Shown in pieces: positions 19,514-28,270 of a DNA stretch of 64,000 bases (positions within the stretch are counted from its first letter, which is position 1; every line of letters starts with the position of its first letter). The notes below the pieces were generated by a model. It did no database searches, was not told where the DNA came from, and saw only the letters and a list, made by a program, of their open reading frames with translations. Origin of the DNA: a virus; the IMG/VR virus record IMGVR_UViG_3300032561_000012, positions 20,543 to 84,542 of that record. One strand, 5' to 3'. The position numbers were made by a program, and so were the translations under genes.

Positions 19514-21588
19514 CCGGCATTTACTGTTGATAATTGTGGCGCAAGTACCTGCACAGCATATTTGCCTTTGTTAAAATATGTGGCTCCAGTGGTGCCATAA
19601 GCATCTGCACCGCTTTTACCGTTGCGATAATCGCGTGCCCCGCCAGGGCCTAATAGGTGTGCCACAGCCAACATACCTGCTACGTCTTCTGGTGATTGAT
19701 CAGATGTAACACAGCCCAATTTACACATACTGGTGTAATTGCGTTTGGTATAAGCACACATTGCGGCTTCTTGTTCTGCTGGACTACCTAAGAATGTCTG
19801 TAGGCTATCCATGCCGTTTTTGCCAGTCCAATTATTGGGATTGTTTAACTGTGCGTTTGACTTACAGGTACTCTTGACATAACGGCCATCAACCAGTGCA
19901 GGCCAACCAAATTGATATTTGCCTACGTAGCCAATGCTGTTGACTGTGTTATATTTGCCACCACTTTCACTCTTACCAATAGTGGTGTAGTAGGCAGTAA
20001 GTTGTGCAGAAGTCAGACTACCAATAGTACAGTCACAAGGTGGTTGGTTGCGTAGATCAGTTGCGGTTGCAGGATTTTTTATTCCTGTGTCTTGTGCTTG
20101 TTTAGTAGCATCTACAGGTGCATTATATGTTCCAGGCTGTATACCTGGACTTTGTGGCACAAAGAATGCTGCGGCTGTGGTTCTAGTAAATGGTTCGTGT
20201 GTTGGCGCAACCGTAACAATCGTATCTAATGTGCCAGGATTAATTACCCATTGTCCTACAGTGTTTTGTGCTGTATCAGGCAAACTCTGATGTTGAATAC
20301 CTTTTACTTCTTTGGCTGATTTTGATTTTCCTGACTGTGCGTACCATCCGCTGCCATCTACAGCAACCACCCCACCTGATTTAAGTGATACTTGTCCTGT
20401 GGCATCTACAATAAATTCTCCGCCAAGTTTTAACTGTGTTGCTCCTGCTTGTAGATTAAATGCACCTGGACTTAGTATGTTAGTCGTTGACGTGTTCATT
20501 TGGAATGTGCTGGTGGCATTCATATTGATATTCTGTGCATTAAAGTTAATGTCAGCATCACTGTGGAAGTTAATAGTTCCAAGACTTCTAACATTAAAAT
20601 TACTGCCAGCAAATATATTCAATGCGCCATCACTGCCTAACTCAATCCAATTATCACCATTGGCATTGGCAATATAAAGAATATTGTTAGTGTCATTCAT
20701 CAGGATTTGATGTCCACCTGCTGAACGCAGACGTATCAATTGATCTATGCCTAGGGCTGTACCATCATCCATAACAAATGAATGTCCACCTTTACGTGTT
20801 TTAACAGTAAAGTAGTCAGGAGGTAAGTTGCCGCTGTTTAATTTAGTAACATATTCTTTGTCGTCTGCTGGATCGTTGACAAATGGACGGCCTGGGGTGG
20901 ATATACCAAATACCTGACTAGGGCTTTCGCGCTGACTTGAGCTTGAAATAGCACCACGCACTGGATCTTTTTCAAGACCCTGTTGTTGTAGTATACCGTA
21001 TTGGAATTTGTGTATGGGTTTATTGTTATTGTAGAAACTTGAATTAGTAACATCTGCTGTCTGATACTCATTGAATTCCACTACAGGAACAATGTCACCT
21101 TGTTTGTATGTGTTGTTTTCGTTTTTACCAAGACTAGTAGTATCTACATTAGGAGTACCAGCAATAGCTGGAATCATATAGTGACTTAGGCTTGAGTCAA
21201 CACAGGCCAACCAGTATCCACGTAAAGGATCCCCTGCGATAAACAGAACAATCACTTCAACTTCAAGGTCTGGTGGTACTGCCCACATACCATAGCTGTG
21301 TGACACAGTTTCAAAACTGTTGGTTGTTGGAGACTGTGCTCCAGACTTCTGTACTTGACTGGTATAGCCCATGAATGGACTAGCATATGACACTGTGCGC
21401 CAATTGTTAGGATCATCAGCAGGTCCGCCTAGATCAGGAATATATACCTGTAGTCGACCACTGCGTGTTGGATCTAGATTGTTTTTAACCACACCAATGT
21501 ATGGATACGGATCAACACGTGTGCCGCTGGCTTCTTCTCTGCGTAGATTTTTTGCTACTTTACTTGCTATTCTATGATCGATTGCCAT
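19510..21588 (-). CDS. gp5: Baseplate central spike gp5/VgrG-like with C-terminal lysozyme-like domain
   Basis: OB-fold (DPTRSGRLQVYIP, YGMWAVPPD), beta-helix region (GGHSFVMDD, GHQILMND), PTHEP motif, then ESGGKYNTVNSIGYVGKYQFG typical of lysozyme/transglycosylase folds. Confidence 0.8.
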   Translation of the reverse strand: MAIDHRIASKVAKNLRREEASGTRVDPYPYIGVVKNNLDPTRSGRLQVYIPDLGGPADDPNNWRTVSYASPFMGYTSQVQKSGAQSPTTNSFETVSHSYGMWAVPPDLEVEVIVLFIAGDPLRGYWLACVDSSLSHYMIPAIAGTPNVDTTSLGKNENNTYKQGDIVPVVEFNEYQTADVTNSSFYNNNKPIHKFQYGILQQQGLEKDPVRGAISSSSQRESPSQVFGISTPGRPFVNDPADDKEYVTKLNSGNLPPDYFTVKTRKGGHSFVMDDGTALGIDQLIRLRSAGGHQILMNDTNNILYIANANGDNWIELGSDGALNIFAGSNFNVRSLGTINFHSDADINFNAQNINMNATSTFQMNTSTTNILSPGAFNLQAGATQLKLGGEFIVDATGQVSLKSGGVVAVDGSGWYAQSGKSKSAKEVKGIQHQSLPDTAQNTVGQWVINPGTLDTIVTVAPTHEPFTRTTAAAFFVPQSPGIQPGTYNAPVDATKQAQDTGIKNPATATDLRNQPPCDCTIGSLTSAQLTAYYTTIGKSESGGKYNTVNSIGYVGKYQFGWPALVDGRYVKSTCKSNAQLNNPNNWTGKNGMDSLQTFLGSPAEQEAAMCAYTKRNYTSMCKLGCVTSDQSPEDVAGMLAVAHLLGPGGARDYRNGKSGADAYGTTGATYFNKGKYAVQVLAPQLSTVNAG

Positions 21589-21595
21589 TTTTTAA

Positions 21596-24500
21596 TTATC
21601 CTGTAACTGCTGCTTGGCCAGGAACTTGATTCCCTTTAATACTTATTGGTGTAAAATTAGGAACGATTGCTTGTGGTTCTGTTTGATCTGTAATAACAGC
21701 ACTAGGCGCTGTTTCGTTTACGGCCATCAAATCCTGTTGTCCAGGAGTAAATCCTCCGCCGCTGGTTTCTGTTTGATCACCATAGTAGCCTCCAGAATAG
21801 TCAGGGCCAATGGCCTGAGTAATCTGTTGGTCTTGGCCAGGTGTTTGATTATTAGCACTGTCTGCAGCAGAAGCAGTGCTTGGGTCTGGACCACCTCCAG
21901 CTACTTCTACAGTAGGCACAGGAGTTGGTGGAGTTACACCAGGAGTTATTTGAGCTGTTGGTGTTCTATTGTCACTGGTTTGATTATTTTGTCCATTGAC
22001 ATAATCGTATGCCTGCTGTCTTACCAATCTAACCAGTTCTAGTTCTTGTGTAAATTGTCCGTTGGTAAAGTGACTAGATACTTTAGTTACTATGTACAGT
22101 CCTGAAAACACACTCTGTTTGTAGTTGGTGTTAAACTTCATAAACCCAGTGGTTTCGTCAATGTCTGACGGAATTCTAAACAATAGCTGTACGTAAAGTC
22201 CGCCCTTGTCCATGACTAAACTACTGTTACCAGCAGTTAAACGTGGATCTGTACTGGGTTTAGATGCAACATTAAATCCTTCTAGCGGAGGTCTATAGAA
22301 CACATCATCCTGTTTAATGTAGTCAGGATCTCCAATGATTTTTAATTTAACATTCAGCATGTCAGCTTGACTGTTGGTCATGATGCTGGCTTCTAGATCC
22401 ACTGACGCAGTTTCTTTGGCTGTGCTAGCACCACCAGTGGCATTGCTTCTAGAGTTTTGTACTACTGGTTTCATTACCAGTGGCATCACAGCATCATATT
22501 GACTGCTGGCCGCAGTGGTAGTCGTAGGAGCATTACCACCGCCGTTGTAGTTTGGATAGTTTTGTGTTTGATTATCCGTGGTGTTGCTGGCCGCAGTTGG
22601 ATTAACATCTGTTAGACTATTTCTATAGGCAGTGACCTGATTAAAGTATAGTGCATTAAATTTAATATCAAAATCTAAAACGTCATCATTTTGTCCTGTA
22701 TACAGATAGTTGTAGTATTTCACAGGATATAGTTGCACACCTTGTGGGCCTATGTCAGCACGTAGATTGTAAATTTTATATGGTATTACACTGTAGGTAA
22801 TTTCTCTGGCCCACACACGTTTACGTACATCAAAATCTAATAGTCTGACTGTAGGAATAATTTTAAACCAATACAGTGGTTTATCTTTTAATGCTTCTTT
22901 CTTGCTGGCATAGTCAGGATCTTCAGGCACAATCAATTGATTCTGTATGTAATCGCTATTTCTAACTATGTAGTCAATGAGCCTGTCAATAGTTGTGCCT
23001 GCTTGTATTTGAAATATAGCTTTAGTAGGATCATATAACGCTACGTTTGGGGTAGCTGGTGCCGCTGGAGCTGGTATTGTAGTTGTTACTCCAAGTCTAG
23101 CATTCTGTTGAGTAGCGTAGTCTTGCATACGTTTAGCATAGGCTGCATCTGACTCACCAGGTGCTTTGATAAAATATGTTTTGTCATATGAACCAGCAAT
23201 GGCATTATTTGTTGTAGTGGCAGAAGCCGTGGCTGCTTTAATTGCGGCATTTTGAGTATTAGCATAATCTCTCATACGTTTAGCATAGGCTGCATCTGAC
23301 TCACCAGGTGCTTTGATAAAGTATGTCTGATCTACTACCCCTGAAGTGTAGGTTGGTGTTGCACTGGTAGTAGCAGGTGTGGGGTTGGCTGTGGTTGTTT
23401 TAACCGTGCCGCCAACTGTCTGTCCTAGATCAGCACGCTTCATAGCCACAATGTCACCTGGGGTTTGATTGCCCTTCATTGATGTTTCTTTTGGTGTATG
23501 TCTAAGTTGATCTGTAAATAAACTGTCGCCTATGCTGATGGTTGTACCATCATCTAGTGTGGTCTTAGGAAATTCAAATCTATAGACATCAGCTACACTG
23601 ATTTTATTATACTGCACCAACGCCTGCATCCATTGATTAATCGCACTGCCATAACTTGAGAATTTATTATATGCTGGAGGGGTTGATGGTGTTGGTTTAG
23701 CAGTGGCAGTGTTAGGCTGCGGAGTAGTTGGGATTGACGCAAATCTATTTTTCCCTGTGGTCTGCGTTGCTGAATTTGTTGGGGCAGGTGTTGATCCATT
23801 GGCCGCCTGCACTTCTGCTCTGACTGCGTTTAGTGCTGTGACTTCATCAGCAGTTGTGCCTTCTACACTTTGGAAAAAGTTAGCCACAGTGCTGGCAGTA
23901 ATTTCAAAGTTTGCAGGAGTTGAACAGGTAGACATATCATATGCTGAATGATGGAATGGCACATAGGTGATTTTATATTCTGCACCTTTGACTGTTACTC
24001 TGATTTCCAAATTGGTGATTTTACATGGTACACGTTTTCTTAGATCTTCAATTGAGCCCAAGATACTGCCATCATCGCCCATGGCAAAGAAATCAATTTG
24101 AATTAGATATGGCATATCTAAATAGTTTTGTGCATTGATGTCTTTGGCCGCTAACAATAATCTTTCTACAAAGGTAAATCCATAGGGTTCAATTAAGGTA
24201 AATGACCCTTCTATGGCATTGGTATTTCTACTAAGGTCATTAGGCGCAATAACTGTGGTCATGCTAAAGTCTTCAAAATAGAAGTCTTCACTAAAGAATT
24301 GATTTCTAGGAAAATTATCGGGACTGTAACGGCCAGCACTGGCCACTAGAACATTTTTTGGTGTATAGGTTTGAGTTTCTACAGTATGATTATAGTCTGA
24401 ATCTGATAGTAGATGTAAACTTAGACCGTAGATATAGCTAGGATAGTCTTTTAATCTATTAGGCAAAGGTTTGTTAGTATTAGTATCAGGTGTTGCTGTA

Positions 24501-24916
24501 GTAGGTTTACTAGGAGCATTAGGACTATTATAGTTTGGTGCTGTGTTTAAATTTTGTGTAGTATCTGCCGCAGGATTAGGTGCTGTGTCTGCTACACTTG
24601 CTTCATTGGCCACAGGTCCTGTTGTTATAGTTTCAGCACTAGGATCAAATCCGCCGCCACTGGCTTCATTTTGATCACCGTAGTATCCACCTGCATAACT
24701 TGGTGCAAGATTTTGTTGTTCGCTGGCAGACAATGCCGCAGGACCTGGAACATTGTTAGCCGTAGCTATAGTAGAACCGCCGCCACTGGCTTCTGTTTGT
24801 TCGCCATAGTAGCCGCCTGAATAGTCAGGTGCTAGGCCTGTAACACTAGGAGGAGGTGAACTAGGAGTATTGACTAACTGGGTTTCAGCGTTATCTTGAG
24901 TAATCACGTCAGTCAT
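21596..24916 (-). CDS. Putative baseplate hub protein (gp27/gpD-like) with low-complexity insertions
   Basis: Lies between gp53 and gp5. Has IIGDPDYI and FSGLYIVTKVSSHFTNGQFTQELEL motifs, typical of hub C-termini. Confidence 0.6.
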   Translation of the reverse strand: MTDVITQDNAETQLVNTPSSPPPSVTGLAPDYSGGYYGEQTEASGGGSTIATANNVPGPAALSASEQQNLAPSYAGGYYGDQNEASGGGFDPSAETITTGPVANEASVADTAPNPAADTTQNLNTAPNYNSPNAPSKPTTATPDTNTNKPLPNRLKDYPSYIYGLSLHLLSDSDYNHTVETQTYTPKNVLVASAGRYSPDNFPRNQFFSEDFYFEDFSMTTVIAPNDLSRNTNAIEGSFTLIEPYGFTFVERLLLAAKDINAQNYLDMPYLIQIDFFAMGDDGSILGSIEDLRKRVPCKITNLEIRVTVKGAEYKITYVPFHHSAYDMSTCSTPANFEITASTVANFFQSVEGTTADEVTALNAVRAEVQAANGSTPAPTNSATQTTGKNRFASIPTTPQPNTATAKPTPSTPPAYNKFSSYGSAINQWMQALVQYNKISVADVYRFEFPKTTLDDGTTISIGDSLFTDQLRHTPKETSMKGNQTPGDIVAMKRADLGQTVGGTVKTTTANPTPATTSATPTYTSGVVDQTYFIKAPGESDAAYAKRMRDYANTQNAAIKAATASATTTNNAIAGSYDKTYFIKAPGESDAAYAKRMQDYATQQNARLGVTTTIPAPAAPATPNVALYDPTKAIFQIQAGTTIDRLIDYIVRNSDYIQNQLIVPEDPDYASKKEALKDKPLYWFKIIPTVRLLDFDVRKRVWAREITYSVIPYKIYNLRADIGPQGVQLYPVKYYNYLYTGQNDDVLDFDIKFNALYFNQVTAYRNSLTDVNPTAASNTTDNQTQNYPNYNGGGNAPTTTTAASSQYDAVMPLVMKPVVQNSRSNATGGASTAKETASVDLEASIMTNSQADMLNVKLKIIGDPDYIKQDDVFYRPPLEGFNVASKPSTDPRLTAGNSSLVMDKGGLYVQLLFRIPSDIDETTGFMKFNTNYKQSVFSGLYIVTKVSSHFTNGQFTQELELVRLVRQQAYDYVNGQNNQTSDNRTPTAQITPGVTPPTPVPTVEVAGGGPDPSTASAADSANNQTPGQDQQITQAIGPDYSGGYYGDQTETSGGGFTPGQQDLMAVNETAPSAVITDQTEPQAIVPNFTPISIKGNQVPGQAAVTG
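23126..23320. repeat. Perfect 48-bp direct repeat, two copies (23126-23173 and 23273-23320)
   Basis: catacgtttagcataggctgcatctgactcaccaggtgctttgataaa occurs twice, 147 bp apart, encoding FIKAPGESDAAYAKRM. Confidence 0.95.
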
Positions 24917-24919
24917 TTG

Positions 24920-25222
24920 TTACAATCCCAATGCTGATGTTAGATTCTGTTTCTGTGGTACGTAGATAACAACACCTGGCACAAAGTCAAAAATTGGATC
25001 TTGTATAACATTAGGATTTCTAACAGCAAATACCCACCATAGGCCTGGATCTCCATATAAGTCAAAGGCCAACAGATCAGGACGATTACCATATATCTTA
25101 TCAATTTGGTATTGTACATCTGTAGAATTAATTGGTATGTTAGGAATATTAGCCACATCTAAGAAAAAACTGTAGATGTCTGTGTTAGCATACGGGCTGG
25201 TCTTGTTATAAGCCACGGTCAT
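24920..25222 (-). CDS. gp53: Baseplate wedge protein gp53-like (LysM-like)
   Basis: RPDLLAFDLYGDPGLWWVFAVRN motif. Confidence 0.8.
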   Translation of the reverse strand: MTVAYNKTSPYANTDIYSFFLDVANIPNIPINSTDVQYQIDKIYGNRPDLLAFDLYGDPGLWWVFAVRNPNVIQDPIFDFVPGVVIYVPQKQNLTSALGL

Positions 25223-26244
25223 TAGATGAATCCTCCGACACCTGTTTTGGTGTCTTTGATTAATTTACCCTGCGCAAAGTCAGTTAGGTTAAATCTATTG
25301 TGTAAATTATTGCGACTATACATTGGGCGTAGAGTCACTGCAATGGTACTGGTAGTAGGCACACGAGTATGTGTGGTTATGGTACTAAATCCTGTGGTGT
25401 TGCCTGCAGCCACAATGGCTTTAGTTGCCGCTGTTGTAGCCTGTGTACTAGACTGCAACAGACTAGGTACTGTACCTGGATCCAGTGCGCTGGTATCTAC
25501 ACTACTGTTTGGTCCTTGTGTATTTTGTGGACTTTCTGTAGATGTTGTTAGACTAGTTTGGCTAATTGGCACTTGTATGTAGTCAGCTTCATTTGGTAAG
25601 GTATGAGTGAAACTAGTAATCACGCAAGGAACGTGCGGGAAGTAGTGACTGCCGTAGCCGTCTAAGAATACAATAGGTGGAGGATTGCCTACGTTAGCGC
25701 CTTGACCAAAGAACATTTTAGTCACACTACGGAAGAAGTAGACTGCGGCCATTAGATATTGTCCGTCTGCCACTGTCTGTACAGTAAATTCACCAGATAC
25801 CTGTATGTCTGCCACTTCTGAATAGTTGTAGAAATGTGCGGGATAATTACTATGTGTAAGCTGTGCAGTGCTGTAGTTGGCGTTATGTGTCACTGCAATC
25901 TGTGGTGTGTATGGCCAAATAACTCCGTTAGTTTCTACCAATGGATACATCAATGAATTTGCTGGGATTCCAGGATCTTGATAGAATATTTGTGCGCTAG
26001 GTGCTAGACTTACACGCACACGCCAATCATCTTCAGCAGCCGCAGTTGCTCCGCCCTGTGCGCTAGCTGATTGAAAGCCAATATTAGGTACATTTACAGG
26101 AGCACTAGAAGCGCCGCCAGGCAACAGTCCAGCAACACTTAGTCTGCTGGTACTGGGATTTAGTAAATCAAATGCAGTGTTACTGCCGCCACCTAGGCCT
26201 GGTACGCTGCCTGATTGTCCAAATAATCCGCCAAATATTGACAT
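25222..26244 (-). CDS. Tail tube initiator/baseplate-tube junction protein (gp48/gp54-like)
   Basis: WPYTPQI, HSNY and GNPPPIVFLDGYG motifs, upstream of gp53. Start moved to ATG 26244 because of the GAGG RBS and promoter position. Confidence 0.6.
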   Translation of the reverse strand: MSIFGGLFGQSGSVPGLGGGSNTAFDLLNPSTSRLSVAGLLPGGASSAPVNVPNIGFQSASAQGGATAAAEDDWRVRVSLAPSAQIFYQDPGIPANSLMYPLVETNGVIWPYTPQIAVTHNANYSTAQLTHSNYPAHFYNYSEVADIQVSGEFTVQTVADGQYLMAAVYFFRSVTKMFFGQGANVGNPPPIVFLDGYGSHYFPHVPCVITSFTHTLPNEADYIQVPISQTSLTTSTESPQNTQGPNSSVDTSALDPGTVPSLLQSSTQATTAATKAIVAAGNTTGFSTITTHTRVPTTSTIAVTLRPMYSRNNLHNRFNLTDFAQGKLIKDTKTGVGGFI

Positions 26245-26259
26245 GTTGTAAAATACCTC

Positions 26260-26288
26260 TTGTATCATGTATTTATAGGTTATATAAT
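26260..26288 (+). promoter_or_regulatory. Sigma70-type promoter for gp55
   Basis: TTGTAT (26260-65), 17-nt spacer, TATAAT (26283-88). Confidence 0.65.
26270..26277 (-). promoter_or_regulatory. Perfect late promoter TATAAATA driving the baseplate operon
   Basis: Exact T4 late consensus at the head of the minus-strand operon. Confidence 0.75.
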
Positions 26289-26317
26289 AGTAGTAGTTTA
26301 AAAGGAACCCCTGAACT

Positions 26318-27199
26318 ATGAGAAAGGTAAATTATCTTAATAATAAAGATATTCTTAAAGAAATTGCAAAAAGTAAGCTGACATACTGTAGTTTTATAGA
26401 TGATTCAGTTAAAAATTATGATATGATTGTTACTGGTGTAGGAGCAATCACTAAAAAAGCAGTAACAGAAGCACGTAAGCTACGTGCAGAACGCCTAGCT
26501 AAAGAACAACAAGAAGCAGAACTACTGTTAGGAAATAAGCGCAAGCTAGATGAATTCCTAACTCCTGCCAAAGATATTCCAGTCACTGATGTGGTTTTTC
26601 GTGTGATGACCTGGGACCACATACCCATCGACGAAGCAAAACAAAAGAAAGCTGACGCTAAAGCCCAAGAAGAATACGATTCTGATGAAGATAACTTTGA
26701 AACAGAATACGACGAGCCTGTAGTAGTCAAAGGCGCAACCAAGTATACCAAAGTAAACTTTCCTCCGTTCCAACACTACAAAGTAGATGAAGAATTAAAT
26801 CCTATTTGTGTAGGTAAAAGTCATTGGAAAGGTGGTTTAGAAAAAGGCAAGTTCAGTAAAGATCATGGCACTATGACTGCTAAACTAGCACACATGTTTA
26901 TTAAACTATGTGAACGCTATGCTACTAGGTCTAACTGGCGTGGTTATACTTATAATGATGAAATGCGTAGCCAAGCATTATTACAACTAAGTCAAATCGG
27001 CCTACAATTTGATGAAGCAAAGAGTCAAAATCCATTTGCCTATTACACAGCGGCAATCACCAACAGCTTTACCCGTGTTCTTAATATTGAAAAGCGCAAT
27101 CAAAACATTCGTGATGATATTTTAGAAATGAATAATTATTCTCCAAGCTACACACGCCAAGGAGACTGGGGCGGAGGTGGTGGCCACTACGAAGAATAA
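26318..27199 (+). CDS. gp55: Late transcription sigma factor, T4 gp55-like
   Basis: YLNNKDIL, NWRGYTYNDEM and SQNPFAYYT motifs; conserved gp55-gp47-gp46 order. Confidence 0.88.
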   Translation: MRKVNYLNNKDILKEIAKSKLTYCSFIDDSVKNYDMIVTGVGAITKKAVTEARKLRAERLAKEQQEAELLLGNKRKLDEFLTPAKDIPVTDVVFRVMTWDHIPIDEAKQKKADAKAQEEYDSDEDNFETEYDEPVVVKGATKYTKVNFPPFQHYKVDEELNPICVGKSHWKGGLEKGKFSKDHGTMTAKLAHMFIKLCERYATRSNWRGYTYNDEMRSQALLQLSQIGLQFDEAKSQNPFAYYTAAITNSFTRVLNIEKRNQNIRDDILEMNNYSPSYTRQGDWGGGGGHYEE

Positions 27200-27215
27200 T
27201 TTGGCAATTCGCAAT

Positions 27216-27244
27216 TTGCACTTTGACCTTAACTAACTTATACT
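27216..27244 (+). promoter_or_regulatory. Sigma70-type promoter, probably leaderless, for gp47
   Basis: TTGCAC, 17-nt spacer, TATACT, 6 nt before ATG 27251; no SD sequence. Confidence 0.6.
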
Positions 27245-27250
27245 ATATAC

Positions 27251-28270
27251 ATGGCTAACCTATTTAAAAAAGCGGCTGTTTGCACGGATATTCACTTTGG
27301 ATTAAAGTCTAACAGCCAAACACACAACGACGATTGTCTTAATTTTATCAAGTGGTTTATTGCTACCGCCAAAGCTGAAGGTTGTGAGACCTGCTTCTTT
27401 ACAGGTGACTGGCATAATAACCGCGCGGCAATTAACATCGTCACACTTAATTACAGTCTACAAGCCCTGGAGTTATTAAATGCCGCTTTTGATCGTGTAT
27501 ATTTTATCCCTGGCAATCACGATCTCTACTATAGAGATAAGCGTGATGTACAAAGTGTCGAATGGGCAAAGCATCTACCCAATGTACAAATTGTTAACGA
27601 TTGGTTTTCAGACGGTGACGTTGTCATTGCTCCTTGGCTCGTTGGTGACGATCACAAACGGGTACCTAAACTAAAAGGTCAATACTGTTTTGGGCACTTT
27701 GAACTACCGCATTTCTACATGAATGCCATGGTACAGATGCCAGACACAGGTGAAATCCAAGCTGATGCTTTCCGAGGGTTTGATAAGGTGTTCAGTGGAC
27801 ACTTCCATAAGCGTCAAGAAAAAGGCAACATTGTCTACTTAGGTAACTGTTTCCCACATAACTACGCAGATGCAGGCGATGATAGTCGTGGCATGATGAT
27901 CATTGAATGGGGTAAAGAGCCAGAATATCGCACATGGGCTAACCAACCTAAATATAGAGTATATAATCTAAGTGATGTTCTACGCACTCCAGAAAATTTA
28001 CTACTGCCAAACATGCACTGTCGTGTTAATCTAGACATTGACATCAGTTACGAAGAAGCAACATTTATCAAAGAAACATTTGTTGGTACATACAATCTGC
28101 GTGAATTAACACTACTACCTGTTAAAGATGTTACTGTTGGTAGTGACATTGTTATGGGTAATATACAATTTGAAAGTATTGACACCATTGTTACTAATCA
28201 ATTGACTAATATTGCAGGTGATGGGCACTACGATCCTAACTTACTACTTGATATCTATAGGCATCTATAA
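27251..28270 (+). CDS. gp47: Recombination endonuclease subunit (Mre11/SbcD-like)
   Basis: Metallophosphoesterase motifs DIHFG, GDWH, GNHD, GH and GHFH. Confidence 0.92.
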   Translation: MANLFKKAAVCTDIHFGLKSNSQTHNDDCLNFIKWFIATAKAEGCETCFFTGDWHNNRAAINIVTLNYSLQALELLNAAFDRVYFIPGNHDLYYRDKRDVQSVEWAKHLPNVQIVNDWFSDGDVVIAPWLVGDDHKRVPKLKGQYCFGHFELPHFYMNAMVQMPDTGEIQADAFRGFDKVFSGHFHKRQEKGNIVYLGNCFPHNYADAGDDSRGMMIIEWGKEPEYRTWANQPKYRVYNLSDVLRTPENLLLPNMHCRVNLDIDISYEEATFIKETFVGTYNLRELTLLPVKDVTVGSDIVMGNIQFESIDTIVTNQLTNIAGDGHYDPNLLLDIYRHL

